Virus record (IMG/VR): IMGVR_UViG_2821929668_000003
Location: 1 to 64,000 of that record
Length of the DNA stretch: 64,000 nt
Strand: one strand, 5' to 3'
From: an uncultured virus (IMG/VR IMGVR_UViG_2821929668_000003)
Lineage: Duplodnaviria > Heunggongvirae > Uroviricota > Caudoviricetes
Positions 61,646-64,000 of this stretch are shown here, piece after piece. Under the pieces are notes generated by a model. The model made no database searches. It was given only the letters and a program-made list of their open reading frames with translations, and was not told the origin of the DNA. Made by a program: the position numbers and the translations under genes. The stretch's first letter is position 1; every line of letters starts with the position of its first letter.

Positions 61646-61949
61646 GACTATAAAGGTTCTACCCCTTTTATTTGTATTGGTGAGGTCGTATCCGAGAGAG
61701 TTTCGCTTTCTCAGGCGTAGCTAAGTTGTTATATTTTTATACCCTTTATAGTTCCTATGTTGATGTACTGAAAAGTGGCCACATCGCGGCCGGGGTTTTA
61801 CCTATTTAGCACGCCTCTGGGCGTTACCTGTGAATGTTTAACCTACGAGTCATTATCAAAATTGGTGAACAGCGGTGATAGATATTGTGCAAACCCTGTA
61901 TTATAATGGTATTATTAACCATAATATTATTGCTGAAGGGTGAATTTAA

Positions 61950-62744
61950 ATGACTAAAGATAAATTTGTAAAGTTGGAAAAACCAATTTACATCCCTGAA
62001 CTCCCTGCAAATGTAAGAGTTACAACCAAGCTCCCAGATGAATTCCAAGACGGAAGACTAGACAGAGTAGCATTGAAAATGGGGGAAAATGGTTGGACGA
62101 TTCCGTTCTCCTTCGAAGTTTCTAATATAGAAGCAATTCACGAGGAAGAAGATTTCGATAAATTTTTCATATCATTTTACAGCGAAAACGAAAACCAGAG
62201 ATTTAACGATTTAGTATCTAAATTACTTTTAATGGATGCAGTTAAACCTTATACAGATGCTATCGAACAATGCATAAAGGCTCATAAAGACTCTAATTAT
62301 ATAATTACAATAAACACACTAATCCCTATTTTAGAAGGTTTGTTATCCAATTTCTATGATAATAAAAACAACACAAAAATGATAAGGGTTTGTAAAGAGA
62401 TGCTTGAGAAATATACTTCTGAAAGCCAATGGATAGAAAAACTCATTTGGACATCGGTATGGTGCTTTATTACTAACTTATATCAAAAGTCAGATTTCTC
62501 AGAAGAATCCCCAAATATGTTGAATAGACATTGGATTCTACATGGACGAACTTCTTTTAGCAATAGTGAAGCGGATTCATTAAGATTATTTAACGCTTTA
62601 TCTACAGTTGCAGCTTTAGATAATCTTAACAATAAAAATGATGAGAACCTAAATGCAGGAAAATTTTTAGAGCTAATCGCGGACAAGACTCAACGTAAAT
62701 TGATGGAACAAGTGATATTAGACGTATTACAAATAAATAAATGA
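61950..62744 (+). CDS. HEPN-like (RxxxxH) protein
   Basis: IPILEG and LNRHWILHG motifs; TATAAT promoter upstream. Confidence 0.65.
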   Translation: MTKDKFVKLEKPIYIPELPANVRVTTKLPDEFQDGRLDRVALKMGENGWTIPFSFEVSNIEAIHEEEDFDKFFISFYSENENQRFNDLVSKLLLMDAVKPYTDAIEQCIKAHKDSNYIITINTLIPILEGLLSNFYDNKNNTKMIRVCKEMLEKYTSESQWIEKLIWTSVWCFITNLYQKSDFSEESPNMLNRHWILHGRTSFSNSEADSLRLFNALSTVAALDNLNNKNDENLNAGKFLELIADKTQRKLMEQVILDVLQINK

Positions 62745-62859
62745 TATATTGTTAGCCGATAAACAATAACTAGCCCCTCTATTACAATATCAAACAATAT
62801 TTCCCTTGAATTGTTATTCTTAAAGGTTGCTTGAGAACGTCACCTCAAAAGTTTTTCCT

Positions 62860-62893
62860 GTGGAGGTCGTGAGTTCGAGCCTCTCCGGGGTCA
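62860..62893 (+). pseudogene. tRNA 3'-half remnant (att core; resembles Bacillus tRNA-Val GAC)
   Basis: GTGGAGGTCGTGAGTTCGAGCCTCTCCGGGGTCA T-arm/acceptor half, no intact 5' half, terminator at 62903-62938. Confidence 0.65.
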
Positions 62894-63295
62894 TAGTTGT
62901 AGAAACTGCGTCAAATTAACGTTTGATGCGGTTTTTTATTATTTACATTCAAACTCTATAGAGCCAGTGATTACATTCCCTACAAAATCTCTTCTATTTT
63001 GTTAACTACATCTTCTCGTATTTTTGGCAATACATGCGAATACAACTTTATTTCCAAGATTAGCTACTGATTCCGAACTTGAACTAACATTCTTAACGTA
63101 ATTAAATTAAGGCTTTAAGGTTATATAAAAAGAGTAGCAAAATTAAAATACTACTCTTTAAAAGCCCATATAATAGGGGGATTAATGAAAGGGAATAATT
63201 TAAATTGGACTGATATGTTTCGATAATCGTTCCATATGTTAATAAAGTTTCTTTCATCCCTAGATTAGATAGCCTCTCGAAATATTTAGTCACAT

Positions 63296-64000
63296 TTACT
63301 TAATAACTTCATTAAGCCATTCGGGTTTGATTTGTTCACCTTGAACCAATCGTAACTCCCTAAACAAAAAAACTAAATCCGCCCCTGAAAATAGCTTTAC
63401 AGGATATCCATCCTGATATACTTCCTCCTGAGCCTGTTTTGAATAATATGAAGTTGTAACAAAGATACCATATTGTCCACGAGATAACCGTGCCACTAAG
63501 CGTGATAGATGCCTTGGCTCAACCCTATTTTTCCTGCCAAACCTTTTTGCTTCCCCCAGAAAATTTATATCATAGGCCAAGGGATATGGTAAGCTAAAAT
63601 GCCCTATAAAATCGAATCCCCCATCTTTAGTCGGCCTTGTTTGCGTAATAGAGTGGGTTACATCTTTTAATTGTCGAAATAAAGCTACCGTTACTGCTTC
63701 AAATTGTATGGGAGATAGCGAAACTAACTGTTCCAATATTTTAGCATCTGGACTTCCTTCTTTGGGTAATTGACTATCCAGCGTTCTTATTTTATTTTTC
63801 CACACATGCAATTTGTTTATCTTACCATTTTTGTACTCTCTCCATGAAGAAGGTGCATGCTCATCTATAACTTTGATCTCCTCAAAATCATTTGCTCTTG
63901 CTCGATTATGTAACCAAGTAATATCTACTTCTTCAATATCAAGTATTGATAGGTGACATCTATAATTTTTTATTGGTAAACCACTTGTATTATCTACAAA
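63296..64000 (-). CDS. Mrr-fold modification-dependent restriction endonuclease (MspJI/AspBHI-like), 5' end beyond the window
   Basis: DGGFDF..GEAK, SRLVARL, FVTTS..S.QAQ.E..D.YP; frame open to the window edge. Confidence 0.75.
   Translation of the reverse strand, partial: FVDNTSGLPIKNYRCHLSILDIEEVDITWLHNRARANDFEEIKVIDEHAPSSWREYKNGKINKLHVWKNKIRTLDSQLPKEGSPDAKILEQLVSLSPIQFEAVTVALFRQLKDVTHSITQTRPTKDGGFDFIGHFSLPYPLAYDINFLGEAKRFGRKNRVEPRHLSRLVARLSRGQYGIFVTTSYYSKQAQEEVYQDGYPVKLFSGADLVFLFRELRLVQGEQIKPEWLNEVIK

Overview
The window looks like most of a Bacillus cereus-group temperate siphophage kept as a plasmid (phage-plasmid); the taxonomy is inferred from gene content. It has a type Ib ParA/adaptor pair with centromere-like octamer repeats, a resolvase and no intact integrase. 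It also carries a PBSX/skin-like head and siphovirus tail module, a lysis cassette, replication/recombination genes, a cI/cro switch and an arbitrium (AimR-AimP-AimX) locus. Its cargo includes LexA-boxed uvrX-yolD, SLH proteins and an exosporium collagen-like protein. The right end (52-64 kb) is a defence/lipoprotein island: a stand-alone Abi/DRT-type reverse transcriptase, a GIY-YIG nuclease, HEPN-like proteins and an MspJI/AspBHI-like restriction enzyme. The most unusual signals are non-coding. (1) Next to the par locus is a Rep-less candidate replicon: a four-loop UUGGU antisense RNA resembling ColE1 RNA I, an opposing promoter, an attenuator and about 600 nt of structured ORF-free RNA. (2) A repeated ~90-nt small-RNA unit and a Spo0A-box promoter module delimit gene cassettes downstream of the RT. 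(3) An ~800-nt structured late-leader RNA carries repeated anti-Shine-Dalgarno motifs. (4) A cloverleaf antisense RNA over the aimR leader shares a hairpin with the replicon RNA. The terminase small subunit (frameshift) and tail chaperone (amber stop) look damaged. All family calls are from motif recognition by eye, not database searches.
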